Below are positions 18,384 to 26,658 of a stretch of 58,966 bases of DNA, in pieces. This DNA comes from an uncultured Candidatus Saccharibacteria bacterium. Lineage in GTDB: Bacteria; Patescibacteriota; Minisyncoccia; Minisyncoccales; UBA1441. Within the stretch, counting starts at the first letter, position 1, and each line of letters begins with the position of its first letter. The notes beneath the pieces are model-generated. The model did not search any database. It was not told the origin of the DNA and worked only from the letters and a program-made list of their open reading frames with translations. The translations under genes were made by a program, and so were the position numbers. The stretch is from NCBI GenBank assembly GCA_964386365.1, contig CAYLQR010000007.1, positions 1-58,966 of the forward strand, written 5' to 3'.

Positions 18384-19003
18384 GATAATCTAGTTTCTAA
18401 AACTTTAATAGCTTTTTTTGTTAACAAAAGATTCTTAAACTTTAAAATTTCTCCTGATCTTACTTGGCGAGCAAGCTGGACTTGGAGAGAAGGAAGATTC
18501 TTCCCCGCTCTTACTAATTTATTATCGTTTTCTTCTAACAAAAGAAGGGTCGTCCCTATTAGTTTTAACTTAGTTAAAACTGGAGTTAAGAGCTTCGTTT
18601 TTCCTTCAGCAATTGATAAACTATCAACAATTTTTAAAGCCTTCTCTTCAGTCCGATTTGACAAAGCGACAGCTAAAGCCTTGTTTCTCATTCGCTGATT
18701 CATCTTTTTCTTAAAATCCTTTTCTTTCCGAGGGCCAAAAGTCACTCCTCCGCCAATCCAAATAGGTGAACGGTTAGATCCAGCTCGAGCTCGGCCGGTT
18801 CCCTTTTGCCTCCAAGGTTTTCTTCCTCCCCCACTAACCTCTTTTCGAGTCTTAGTATGAGCGGCTGGTTGGCGGCGATTAGCTTCCTCCACCATTATTG
18901 CCTGATGAAGCAAATCTTCGTTCATTTTCTGACCGAAAACCTCTTTGGGCAAAGTCACTTCTCCTGTTTTTTCACCTTCTTGGTTATAAAGAGGATATTT
19001 CAT
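18380..19003 (-). CDS. rplD: 50S ribosomal protein L4
   Basis: GGGRKPWRQKGTGRARAGS motif. Confidence 0.96.
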   Translation of the reverse strand: MKYPLYNQEGEKTGEVTLPKEVFGQKMNEDLLHQAIMVEEANRRQPAAHTKTRKEVSGGGRKPWRQKGTGRARAGSNRSPIWIGGGVTFGPRKEKDFKKKMNQRMRNKALAVALSNRTEEKALKIVDSLSIAEGKTKLLTPVLTKLKLIGTTLLLLEENDNKLVRAGKNLPSLQVQLARQVRSGEILKFKNLLLTKKAIKVLETRLS

Positions 19004-19560
19004 TGACTCTGAATTTTAATTAAGCTTCCTCGACTTCCAGGAATTGCTCCTTTCACTGCTAATAAATTATTTTCTTGATCGATAGCAGCTATCTTTAAAT
19101 TTTGGACGGTCACTTGATTATGACCCATTCGGCCAGGCATCTTTCTCCCTCGAACCACTCTTTCTGGGAAAGAAGAACCAATCGAACCTAATTTACGAAC
19201 GTCTCCTTTTCCTCCGTGAGTCGCATTTTGACCAGAAAATCCCCATCTTTTCACTACTCCCTGAAAACCTTTCCCCTTGGATAAACTTCTTACTTTCACT
19301 TTTTCTCCAACGGAAAAAAGATCAACTTTTATCTCTTGGTCTAGCTTGTATTCTTGAGGATCAACTCGAAATTCTTTCTGATAACGGTATTTGTTTCCTT
19401 TTTTTTGAAAACCTAATTGGATAGCCTGATAACCATCCTTTTCTTTATCTTTCTTTTGGGTCACCCAACAAGGGCCCGCTTCTACCAAAGTAACCGGGAT
19501 AACTTTTTCTCCCTCAAAGATCTGACTCATCTTTAATTTTCGACCAAGAATAAATTTCAT
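19000..19560 (-). CDS. rplC: 50S ribosomal protein L3
   Basis: KGKGFQGVVKRWGFSGQNATHG; GRMGHNQVTVQNLKI. Confidence 0.95.
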   Translation of the reverse strand: MKFILGRKLKMSQIFEGEKVIPVTLVEAGPCWVTQKKDKEKDGYQAIQLGFQKKGNKYRYQKEFRVDPQEYKLDQEIKVDLFSVGEKVKVRSLSKGKGFQGVVKRWGFSGQNATHGGKGDVRKLGSIGSSFPERVVRGRKMPGRMGHNQVTVQNLKIAAIDQENNLLAVKGAIPGSRGSLIKIQSQ

Positions 19561-19580
19561 AAAAGCAAATTAAACAATAG

Positions 19581-19641
19581 AAAACCGGGTCCAGCCCGGT
19601 TTTCACTGCTTTCCCTGGAAGCAAAGCTATTTTGCTTCCAG
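19581..19641 (-). promoter_or_regulatory. two consecutive hairpins in the rpsJ-rplC spacer (second is terminator/attenuator-like)
   Basis: Hairpin B: CTGGAAGCAAA (19615-19625) / TTTGCTTCCAG (19631-19641), 11 bp, covering the last rpsJ codons and stop. Hairpin A: AAAACCGGG (19581-19589) / CCCGGTTTT (19595-19603), followed on the minus strand by UUUUCUAUUGUUU, 20 nt before the rplC ATG. Confidence 0.5.
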
Positions 19642-19953
19642 CTTAATTTGGACTCCAGCTGGCAAACTTAAATCACGTAGAGCATCAATAACCTGAGAAC
19701 TTGGATTAACGATATCCATCAATCTTTTGTGAATCCTAATCTCAAACTGCTCCTGAGCATCCTCATGAATAAAGGGCGACTTCTTAACTGAATACTTTTT
19801 AATGCGAGTCGGCAAAGGAATTGGTCCTTTAACTTCAACTCCATATCTATCTACGACCTTCAAAATCTCTCGGGCACTGTTATCAATAATTTTATGGTCG
19901 TAGCTTTTAAGCTGAATTCGGACTGAACGATCTATTTTGGCTTTTTTAGCCAT
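19627..19953 (-). CDS. rpsJ: 30S ribosomal protein S10
   Basis: IRIQLKSYDHKIIDNSAREI ... HKRLMDI. Confidence 0.96.
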   Translation of the reverse strand: MAKKAKIDRSVRIQLKSYDHKIIDNSAREILKVVDRYGVEVKGPIPLPTRIKKYSVKKSPFIHEDAQEQFEIRIHKRLMDIVNPSSQVIDALRDLSLPAGVQIKLEAK

Positions 19954-19961
19954 AAAATTCT

Positions 19962-21161
19962 TTACTGAATAATCTTGGTAACTACCCCCGCTCCAACTGT
20001 TCGACCGCCTTCACGAATAGCAAACTTTTGTTTTTCTTCTAAAGCAACTGCTGCTGAAAGTTTTACTTTTAGATTATTAACCGTATCCCCAGGCATAACC
20101 ATTTCCGTTCCTTCTGGTAAAGTAGCTTCTCCAGTCACATCAGCCGTTCGAATATAGAATTGAGGCTTGTAACCAGCAAAGAATGGAGTGTGACGGCCAC
20201 CTTCTTCTTTTGTCAGAATATATGCATCACATTCAAATTCGGAATGAGGAGAAACCGTTCCTGGCTTAGCCAAAACCTGTCCTCTCCAAACCTTTTCTTT
20301 TTCTAATCCTCGAAGTAAGATTCCCACGTTATCTCCGGCCAATCCTTCATCTAAAGTCTTGTTAAACATTTCCAAACTAACAGCAACTGTTTCTTGAGTT
20401 GGCTTTAACCCAACTAACTCTACCTTATCTCCGGGGAAAGCCTTTCCTCTCTCAATCTTTCCAGTAGCCACTGTTCCTCGCCCTTCGATAGAGAAGACAT
20501 CTTCAATTGGCATAAGGAAAGTCTTGTCCAAATCTCTAACTGGCTCTGGAAAATGTTCGTCAACCGTCTCTAGGAGCTTTATAATTGGCTTAATGCTTTC
20601 TTCTTCAACTGATTTTGCTTCCAAAGCTTTAAGGGCAGACCCTCGAATAATAGGAGCTTTATCTCCCTCAAAACCATATTTCTTTAGGAGATCTCTAATT
20701 TCTGATTCTACCAAGTCAAGCATTTCTTCGTCTTTGACTTCATCAATCTTGTTTAAGAAAACGGTAATTTTCGGAATACCAACTTGATTAGCCAAAAGAA
20801 CATGTTCTCTTGTCTGAGGCATCGGCCCATCAGTAGCCGCTACAACTAAAATGGCTCCGTCCATTTGAGCGGCGCCGGTGATCATATTCTTAATATAGTC
20901 AGCGTGGCCTGGACAATCAATCAAAGCATAATGGCGATTAACTGTTTCGAACTCCAAGTGAGAAATGTTAATCGTTAAACCCCGTTCCCTTTCTTCGGGA
21001 GCAGCGTCAATTTGCTCAACTGTTTTGTTGGAACCTGATAAATCCTGAAGGTGAACTGCTTTTAAAATAGCAGCCGTTAGCGTAGTCTTTCCGTGATCAA
21101 CGTGACCAATCGTTCCAATATTAAGATGAGGTTTCCCTCTTTCAAATTTCTCTTTAGCCAT
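19962..21161 (-). CDS. tuf: elongation factor Tu
   Basis: [30 protein letters not shown]-domain motifs; 399 aa. Confidence 0.98.
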   Translation of the reverse strand: MAKEKFERGKPHLNIGTIGHVDHGKTTLTAAILKAVHLQDLSGSNKTVEQIDAAPEERERGLTINISHLEFETVNRHYALIDCPGHADYIKNMITGAAQMDGAILVVAATDGPMPQTREHVLLANQVGIPKITVFLNKIDEVKDEEMLDLVESEIRDLLKKYGFEGDKAPIIRGSALKALEAKSVEEESIKPIIKLLETVDEHFPEPVRDLDKTFLMPIEDVFSIEGRGTVATGKIERGKAFPGDKVELVGLKPTQETVAVSLEMFNKTLDEGLAGDNVGILLRGLEKEKVWRGQVLAKPGTVSPHSEFECDAYILTKEEGGRHTPFFAGYKPQFYIRTADVTGEATLPEGTEMVMPGDTVNNLKVKLSAAVALEEKQKFAIREGGRTVGAGVVTKIIQ

Positions 21162-21249
21162 AAGTGAAAAAATTAATTTACTTCTTTATAAACAATAAAT
21201 GACTTTTGAATATTAACAAATTATAGTTAATCAGTCAACTTGTCAAGAA

Positions 21250-23343
21250 TTACTTTTCGGTCGGACCAATAATCTTTTCTTTGATACTTTCCGGAACTCG
21301 CTGATATTTCTTGAATTCCATAGTAAAATTAGCCCGTCCTTTAGTAAGAGAACGAAGAACGGTGGCGTAACCAAACATTTCAGCTAAGGGAACTTCTGAA
21401 TCAATTGACTTAGTCATTCTCTGATCTTCTGTCTTTAAAATCTTTCCCCGCCGAGAACCTAAGTCTCCCATAACATCTCCCAAAAATTCTGGAGGAAGAG
21501 CTACTTGGACTTTCATAATTGGCTCTAGCAGAACAGGGCTTCCTTGACCCATTGCTTTCTTAAAACCACGGACGGCTGCCATCTTAAAAGCTGCCTCTGA
21601 TGAATCAACCTCGTGGAAAGAACCATCATAAAGAGTAACGCTAACATCCGTCACTGGATAGCCAGCAACCACCCCTTCTTCCATTGCTTCTTTAACTCCT
21701 TTTTCAACCGCCGGAATAAATTCCTGGGGAATGACCCCTCCCTTAATCTGATTAATGAAAGAAAATCCCTCCCCTCGGTCAAGAGGAGTCAATTTCAACC
21801 AAACATCACCGTATTGTCCTCGTCCTCCTGATTGATGAATGTATTGACCTTGAGCTTGAATTTCCCGAAGAATAGTTTCTCGATAGGCTACTTCTGGCCG
21901 GCCAATATTAGCAGTTACACCAAATTCTCTCTTCAATCGATCAACAATAATTTCCAAATGTAATTCTCCCATTCCAGAGATAATTGTTTCTCCTGTTTCC
22001 CGATCTCTCTTTACCTTAAAAGTTGGATCTTCATCAGCCAATTTTTTCAAAGACTCGTCTAACTTTACTTGGCCATCTCGAGACTGCGGTTCAATCCGAA
22101 TAGAAATAACTGGTTCTGGAAAATTAATTTGTTCTAAAATAATCGGGTGATCTAAATCACAAAGAGTATCTCCCGTTCTTACATCTTTCAAACCAACAGT
22201 TGCTCCAATTTGACCAGCGAAAATTGTCTCTAACTCTTCCCTCTTATCAGAGAACATCCTCACTAATCGGCCGACTCTTTCTTTTTTCCCGGTTCGAGTG
22301 TTTAGAACATAAGAACCTTGCTCTAAAGTCCCTGAATAAACTCGAAAGAAATCAAGTGTTCCCACGTATGGATCAGAAGCTACCTTGAAAACCAAAGCTG
22401 CAAAAGGCTCCTCATCATCAGTCCGACGAGTAAGTTTTTCTCCACTTGAAACATTCACTCCCTCTACTGGCGGACATTCTTCTGGAGAGGGAAGATAATA
22501 GCAGACAGCGTCTAGTAAGGGCTGAATTGCTTTATCTTTAAGGGCAGAACCAGTAAAAACCGGAACCAAGTGATAACTAAGAACAGCTTTTCTTAAAGCA
22601 GCTCTTAATTCTTCAAGAGATATTTCTTTTTCTTCTAAAAATTTCTCTAAGAGCTGGTCGTCTTCTCCAGCAATTTTCTCTACCAATTCCGCTCTTTTCT
22701 TCCTCGCTTCCTCTATTAAATTTTCAGGAACTTCTTCCGTTCTGACTTTTTCTCCAAACTCCCCTTCAAAATAAAGGGCTTTCATTCTTAAAAGGTCAAC
22801 TACTCCTTCAAATTTATCTTCTTGACCAATGGGAATTTGCATAGGAATAGCTTTCATAGAAAGCTTTTCCTGAATAGAACGAAAGCTTTCCCAAAAGTCA
22901 GCTCCAGTTCGATCTAATTTATTAATAAAACAAAGACGAGGCAAAGCATATTCATCCGCCTGTCTCCAGACAGTTTCTGATTGTGGTTCCACTCCGGCTA
23001 CTCCGTCAAAAATAATAATTGCTCCGTCTAAAACGCGCAAAGACCGTTGAACTTCAACGGTAAAATCAATATGGCCCGGAGTATCAATTAAGTTAAACCA
23101 ATAAATTTCCTCTCCTCCTTCCGGTTTCCAGGAGCAAGTTGTTGCCGCCGCCGTAATAGTAATTCCTCTTTCTTTTTCTTGAGCCATCCAGTCCATAATC
23201 GCCCCTCCTTCATGAACTTCTCCAATTTTGTGGGAAAGTCCAGTATAGAAGAGAATCCTTTCGCTAACAGTCGTTTTCCCAGCGTCAATGTGAGCAATCA
23301 AACCAATATTCCTTGTCTTTTCCAAGGGTTGTGTCCTTTTCAT
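21250..23343 (-). CDS. fusA: elongation factor G
   Basis: AHIDAGKTT, DTPGHIDF, NKLD; 697 aa; position between rpsG and tuf. Confidence 0.98.
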   Translation of the reverse strand: MKRTQPLEKTRNIGLIAHIDAGKTTVSERILFYTGLSHKIGEVHEGGAIMDWMAQEKERGITITAAATTCSWKPEGGEEIYWFNLIDTPGHIDFTVEVQRSLRVLDGAIIIFDGVAGVEPQSETVWRQADEYALPRLCFINKLDRTGADFWESFRSIQEKLSMKAIPMQIPIGQEDKFEGVVDLLRMKALYFEGEFGEKVRTEEVPENLIEEARKKRAELVEKIAGEDDQLLEKFLEEKEISLEELRAALRKAVLSYHLVPVFTGSALKDKAIQPLLDAVCYYLPSPEECPPVEGVNVSSGEKLTRRTDDEEPFAALVFKVASDPYVGTLDFFRVYSGTLEQGSYVLNTRTGKKERVGRLVRMFSDKREELETIFAGQIGATVGLKDVRTGDTLCDLDHPIILEQINFPEPVISIRIEPQSRDGQVKLDESLKKLADEDPTFKVKRDRETGETIISGMGELHLEIIVDRLKREFGVTANIGRPEVAYRETILREIQAQGQYIHQSGGRGQYGDVWLKLTPLDRGEGFSFINQIKGGVIPQEFIPAVEKGVKEAMEEGVVAGYPVTDVSVTLYDGSFHEVDSSEAAFKMAAVRGFKKAMGQGSPVLLEPIMKVQVALPPEFLGDVMGDLGSRRGKILKTEDQRMTKSIDSEVPLAEMFGYATVLRSLTKGRANFTMEFKKYQRVPESIKEKIIGPTEK

Positions 23344-23354
23344 ATCACTTTGTT

Positions 23355-23816
23355 CTAACGAGCAAAACGGGCAAAAGCCTGATTGGCTTTAGCCATTTTA
23401 TGAACATTAATTTTCTTTTGAACAGCTTTTCCTTCTCCCTGAGAGGCAGCTAACATTTCCTTGGCTAATTTCTCAGCCATTGGCTGTCCCTTCCCCGATT
23501 GAGCCGCTTGAATAATCCACCTCATAGCTAAAGTGAATTGCCTTTCTTTTTTCACTTCATAAGGAACCTGATAGGTAGCTCCGCCAATCCTTTTTGACTT
23601 TACTTCCAATAAAGGAGAAACATTGCTAATCGCTTCTTCAAAAATATCTAGAGGATCTTTCTTCGCCTGTTTGCTAAGAATTTCCAAGGTTTGATAAACA
23701 ACTCGGCGGGCTGTTTCTTTCTGGCCCCCTCTCATTAAATAATTAATAAACTTTGCTACCTTTAAACTATGATGAAAGGGATCCGGTTGTAATTTTCTAA
23801 ATTTACTATTCCTCAT
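23355..23816 (-). CDS. rpsG: 30S ribosomal protein S7
   Basis: GGATYQVPYEV, KMAKANQAFARFAR tail. Confidence 0.96.
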   Translation of the reverse strand: MRNSKFRKLQPDPFHHSLKVAKFINYLMRGGQKETARRVVYQTLEILSKQAKKDPLDIFEEAISNVSPLLEVKSKRIGGATYQVPYEVKKERQFTLAMRWIIQAAQSGKGQPMAEKLAKEMLAASQGEGKAVQKKINVHKMAKANQAFARFAR

Positions 23817-23818
23817 AA

Positions 23819-24238
23819 TTAATCTTTCTTTTCTTCTTTCTTCGTCCCATAAAGAGATCTTCCTTGACGACGGCCTTTCACTCCTTCTGCTTCCAAAGCT
23901 CCTCGAACAATATGATAACGAACACCCGGGAGATCTTTAACTTTTCCTCCTCGGACTAAGACTCGAGCATGCTCTTCAATATTATGCCCTTCTCCTGGAA
24001 TATAGGCAGTAATCTCCTTTCCATTAGAAAGACGAACTCTCGCTACTTTCCTCAAAGCAGAGTTAGGCTTTTTAGGAGTAACCGTAAAAACTCGTAAACA
24101 AGATCCTCTTTTGAAAGGAGAAGGATAACGAGTCGGCTTGTTTTTTAAGTTGTTAAAACCGAAAGCTAAAACTTTCTTTTTCGACTGGCCTCGGTTGACC
24201 TTCCTTCCTTTTTTAACTAATTGCTGAATTGTAGGCAT
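23819..24238 (-). CDS. rpsL: 30S ribosomal protein S12
   Basis: [32 protein letters not shown]. Confidence 0.97.
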   Translation of the reverse strand: MPTIQQLVKKGRKVNRGQSKKKVLAFGFNNLKNKPTRYPSPFKRGSCLRVFTVTPKKPNSALRKVARVRLSNGKEITAYIPGEGHNIEEHARVLVRGGKVKDLPGVRYHIVRGALEAEGVKGRRQGRSLYGTKKEEKKD

Positions 24239-24277
24239 AACTAGTATATATGTTCTGACAATATAGTTTGATGAGAA

Positions 24278-24306
24278 AGATTAACAAAACTCCGACCAAA
24301 TGTCAA
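24278..24306 (-). promoter_or_regulatory. putative sigma70-type promoter of the str/ribosomal superoperon
   Basis: Minus strand TTGACA (24306-24301), 17-nt spacer, TAATCT (24283-24278), about 40 nt upstream of the rpsL ATG. Confidence 0.45.
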
Positions 24307-24308
24307 AT

Positions 24309-24959
24309 CTAAAAAGAAGAGCCGACAAACAAACGGAAAAGGAGTTGAATCAAGGGGATAAGAAAATCAAAAAAGAAAAAGATAAAAACAAGTAAAAGGA
24401 GTAAACCATATTGCTGAAAAACCAACTCATACTTCTGCCATTTTGAAGGAAGAAGAGCAAAAAGAAGATGAGAGCCATCTAAGGGAGGAATTGGCAAAAG
24501 ATTAAAAACCGCCAAAAGCAGATTGATCCAAACAATTATTCCGAAAATAGCTGTTAAATTAGCTCCGAAAACTGTACTATTTAGCCAGCTTCCACTCAAG
24601 CGAATTACCAAACCAAAGACTAAAGCTAAACTTAAATTAGCCAAAGGACCAGCTAAAGCAACTTTTGCCGGTCCATATTTTTTATCCCGCAACCGACGAA
24701 AATCAACCGGAACTGGTTTAGCCCAACCGAAAACAATCCCCGGTCCAGAAAAGATGCTCAACAATAAAAGAAAGCCGGGAATTAAAATTGAACCAATTGG
24801 ATCTAAATGCTTTAAAGGATTTAGACTAAGCCTTCCCCTCTCTTTCGCTGTTGAATCACCTAAATGGTAAGCCATTAATCCATGGCTTACTTCATGAAAA
24901 ACAACCGAAAAAAGGAAAATTGTTAAAAAAATTACAAAACTGAAAACTTCAGCTACCAT
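24309..24959 (-). CDS. site-2 protease family (M50) intramembrane zinc metalloprotease
   Basis: HEVSHG zinc motif in TM1, multiple TMs, NLLPIPPLDG motif. ORF 24309..25127 trimmed to ATG 24959 (MVAEVFSF) because the upstream part overlaps rpmB on the other strand. Confidence 0.85.
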   Translation of the reverse strand: MVAEVFSFVIFLTIFLFSVVFHEVSHGLMAYHLGDSTAKERGRLSLNPLKHLDPIGSILIPGFLLLLSIFSGPGIVFGWAKPVPVDFRRLRDKKYGPAKVALAGPLANLSLALVFGLVIRLSGSWLNSTVFGANLTAIFGIIVWINLLLAVFNLLPIPPLDGSHLLFALLPSKWQKYELVFQQYGLLLLLVFIFFFFDFLIPLIQLLFRLFVGSSF

Positions 24960-25010
24960 AGGAAAAATAAATTTGCATTCTTTTTTTAGATACGTTAAGA
25001 TTATAACATT

Positions 25011-25223
25011 ATGAAACAAGTCTGCCAAATCTGTGGAAAAACCTATAATGACCATGTTCGGAAATGGAGCAAGCTGAGAGGAAAATACAATCCCAGCCAG
25101 CGGTCTTCGCAAAAACCAAATCTTCAATGGGTTCGCCTAGAAAACGGAGAAAGGGTTAAAGCCTGTACTAAATGCATCAAGGCTTTAAGCAAAACCTCTG
25201 CTAACAAGCGGGGCATAGTGTAA
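25011..25223 (+). CDS. rpmB: 50S ribosomal protein L28 (Cys4 zinc-type)
   Basis: MKQVCQICGK ... SQKPNLQWVRLENGERVKACTKCIKAL matches the bL28 pattern (C..CGK, PNLQ, V.VC..C.K). Confidence 0.8.
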   Translation: MKQVCQICGKTYNDHVRKWSKLRGKYNPSQRSSQKPNLQWVRLENGERVKACTKCIKALSKTSANKRGIV

Positions 25224-25280
25224 TGGCTAGCATCCACGCATGGGGTGCGTGCAATCCCGGTTCGAATCCGGGTGCCCCGA
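25209..25280 (+). tRNA. tRNA-Pro (anticodon GGG)
   Basis: Hand-folded cloverleaf: acceptor CGGGGCA/TGCCCCG (C1-G72, A73, as in bacterial tRNA-Pro), D stem GTGT/GCAT, anticodon stem CACGC/GCGTG with loop AUGGGGU, T arm CCCGG-TTCGAAT-CCGGG. No encoded CCA. Confidence 0.9.
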
Positions 25281-25354
25281 CTATTATCAAGCTCCAGAAT
25301 TTTAAAAGGGGTGGAAATTTTATCTCCTGAGGATAAAAAGAGTCTATAAAAAAC

Positions 25355-25382
25355 AAAAAGGCTGATTGGCAGCCTTTTTTGT
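25355..25382 (+). terminator. rho-independent terminator (bidirectional A/T-flanked hairpin) after tRNA-Pro
   Basis: AAAAAGGCTG-ATTGG-CAGCCTTTTTTG. Confidence 0.6.
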
Positions 25383-25540
25383 TTTCAGAGCTTGAGAAAG
25401 AAGCGAGAAAAACGACACGTTTGCAAGATAATTTTAAGCCGAAAGAATAGCCTCTTTAAGAAATTAATAGAACAAACTCTTAAGAGAATAAGATATCCTC
25501 AATAGCTATTTCTTTAAAACAACTTAATGTAATTTTATTC

Positions 25541-25590
25541 TTGACAGCGACCAACGAAATGTTAAGATAAATGTAATACAAATTATTACA
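25541..25590 (+). promoter_or_regulatory. promoter plus palindromic operator of the toxin-antitoxin operon
   Basis: TTGACA (25541-25546), 16-nt spacer, TAAGAT (25563-25568). Inverted repeat TGTAATA-caaat-TATTACA (25572-25590) between the -10 and the ATG at 25598. Confidence 0.55.
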
Positions 25591-25597
25591 ACATTAT

Positions 25598-25813
25598 ATG
25601 CGTGAAATAATCAACATTTCATTACCTAAAGAATTGAACAGAACGGTAGAGGAAATAATCAAAAAGGAAAAATATGCTACCAAAAGCGAATTTTTCCGTG
25701 ACCTTTTACGAATGCGGATAGAAGGAAAAATCCTTAAAGAATTAGCAGAAAGTCGAGAAGAACTTTCCAAGGGCAAAGGGAAAATTCTTAAATCTTTAAA
25801 AAACCTACGATAA
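25598..25813 (+). CDS. ribbon-helix-helix (CopG/RelB-like) antitoxin
   Basis: 71 aa. N-terminal beta-strand plus two helices pattern (INISLPKELNRTVEEIIKKEKYATKSEFFRDLLR); precedes a RelE-like ORF by 19 nt. Confidence 0.7.
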   Translation: MREIINISLPKELNRTVEEIIKKEKYATKSEFFRDLLRMRIEGKILKELAESREELSKGKGKILKSLKNLR

Positions 25814-25832
25814 TTTTTGTCTTTGAAGATTA

Positions 25833-26102
25833 ATGGAGATTTATTATTCAAGTAAATTTGCCGCTGAATATAAAAAGCTACCTCTAAAAGTTAAAAAAAT
25901 AGCTGAGAAAAAAGAACGGATTTTTAGACAGAATCCTTTCGATTCCCGGCTTGAAACCCATAAGCTTAAAGGAAGCCTGAAGGGCTTCTTTTCTTTTTCC
26001 ATTAATCAAAAATATCGGATTATTCTTGAAATAGTCGACCACGATACTATCTGGTTTCATTCCGTAGGAGACCACTCTATTTATAAATTATGGGAAAGTT
26101 AA
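25833..26102 (+). CDS. RelE/ParE-superfamily toxin
   Basis: 89 aa. THKLKGSLKGFFSFSINQKYRIILEI ... HSVGDHSIY resembles RelE/YafQ/ParE core strands; small size and pairing with the RHH gene. Confidence 0.7.
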   Translation: MEIYYSSKFAAEYKKLPLKVKKIAEKKERIFRQNPFDSRLETHKLKGSLKGFFSFSINQKYRIILEIVDHDTIWFHSVGDHSIYKLWES

Positions 26103-26133
26103 TCCAAGCACGTCCCTTATTTCATAATTCACT

Positions 26134-26172
26134 CCTGATACAATTCTGTCTACATCAGGGCTTTTCTTTTTT
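26134..26172 (+). terminator. rho-independent terminator of the TA operon
   Basis: CCTGAT (26134-26139) ... ATCAGG (26154-26159), then GCTTTTCTTTTTT. Confidence 0.5.
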
Positions 26173-26454
26173 AACTTCTAAATCAGTCTTTAATCGTTCA
26201 AATAAGCAATAGAAACGTCAACTCTCTTAAGAAAAGCGGCCTACCTTTGTAAGCTTTCATTTTATAAAGCAAAATCTTGGAAAGAGATTTTTCAAAAGAG
26301 AAAAAGGCTAGGGAAAATTATTATCCCCAAAACACTATTTAGAAGCTATTAGAATTTTGCTAAAAATAGATTCATTCGGCGTCCAGTAAGTCTAATTAAA
26401 AAATCTAACAAGAAGAGAATCTTCCTTGTTTTTTCTTCCCTTAATATTTCCTTC

Positions 26455-26626
26455 AAAAACAAAAACGCTGATCATTTCAGCGTTTCAAAAAAACTCCGCC
26501 TCCCTCTACAAATCCCGGGAAAAATACTATAGGACTTGGACTCGCTGGCTGAACCCACGGGTTTAGCCAAGAAGAGACCAAAAGAGATAAAGTTTGTCTC
26601 GGAATTGTGAGAATGAAGAACGGAGT
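26455..26626 (-). ncRNA. candidate rod-shaped small RNA (6S-like architecture or novel) with own promoter and terminator
   Basis: Minus-strand TTGACA (26662-26657), 18 nt, TATACT (26638-26633). About 134 nt fold as one long imperfect hairpin: ACUCCG at 26626-26621 pairs with CGGAGU at 26498-26493, apex at about 26554-26561. Then a 9-bp terminator hairpin (26485-26463) followed by UUGUUUUUG. Confidence 0.45.
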
Positions 26627-26658
26627 ACTTTTAGTATAACTCTTCTTTTCTCTTCCTG

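Noticed and set aside
21220-21246. Internal promoter for tuf (TTGACA ... TATAAT) in the fusA-tuf spacer
   Set aside because: The hexamers are perfect but the spacer is only 15 nt, so function is doubtful. Not reported as a feature.
24960-25127. Long N-terminal extension of the M50 protease ORF (start at 25127)
   Set aside because: The extension has no protease-family features and overlaps the well-supported rpmB gene on the opposite strand. The internal ATG at 24959 gives a normal M50 N-terminus.
26407-26437. Extra AU-rich hairpin (AACAAG-AAG...CTT-C-CTTGTT) with T-runs on both sides
   Set aside because: It is probably a weak back-up or bidirectional terminator between the TA cassette and the sRNA. 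The stem is bulged and AU-rich, and I could not tie it to any gene.
26455-26626. Possibility that the rod-like RNA is the SRP (4.5S) RNA
   Set aside because: The near-invariant domain IV elements (GGAA/GNRA tetraloop flanked by the AGG...AGCA symmetric loop) are absent. The apex reads GGCUAAACCCGUGGGUUCAGCC. Needs a cmscan to be certain.
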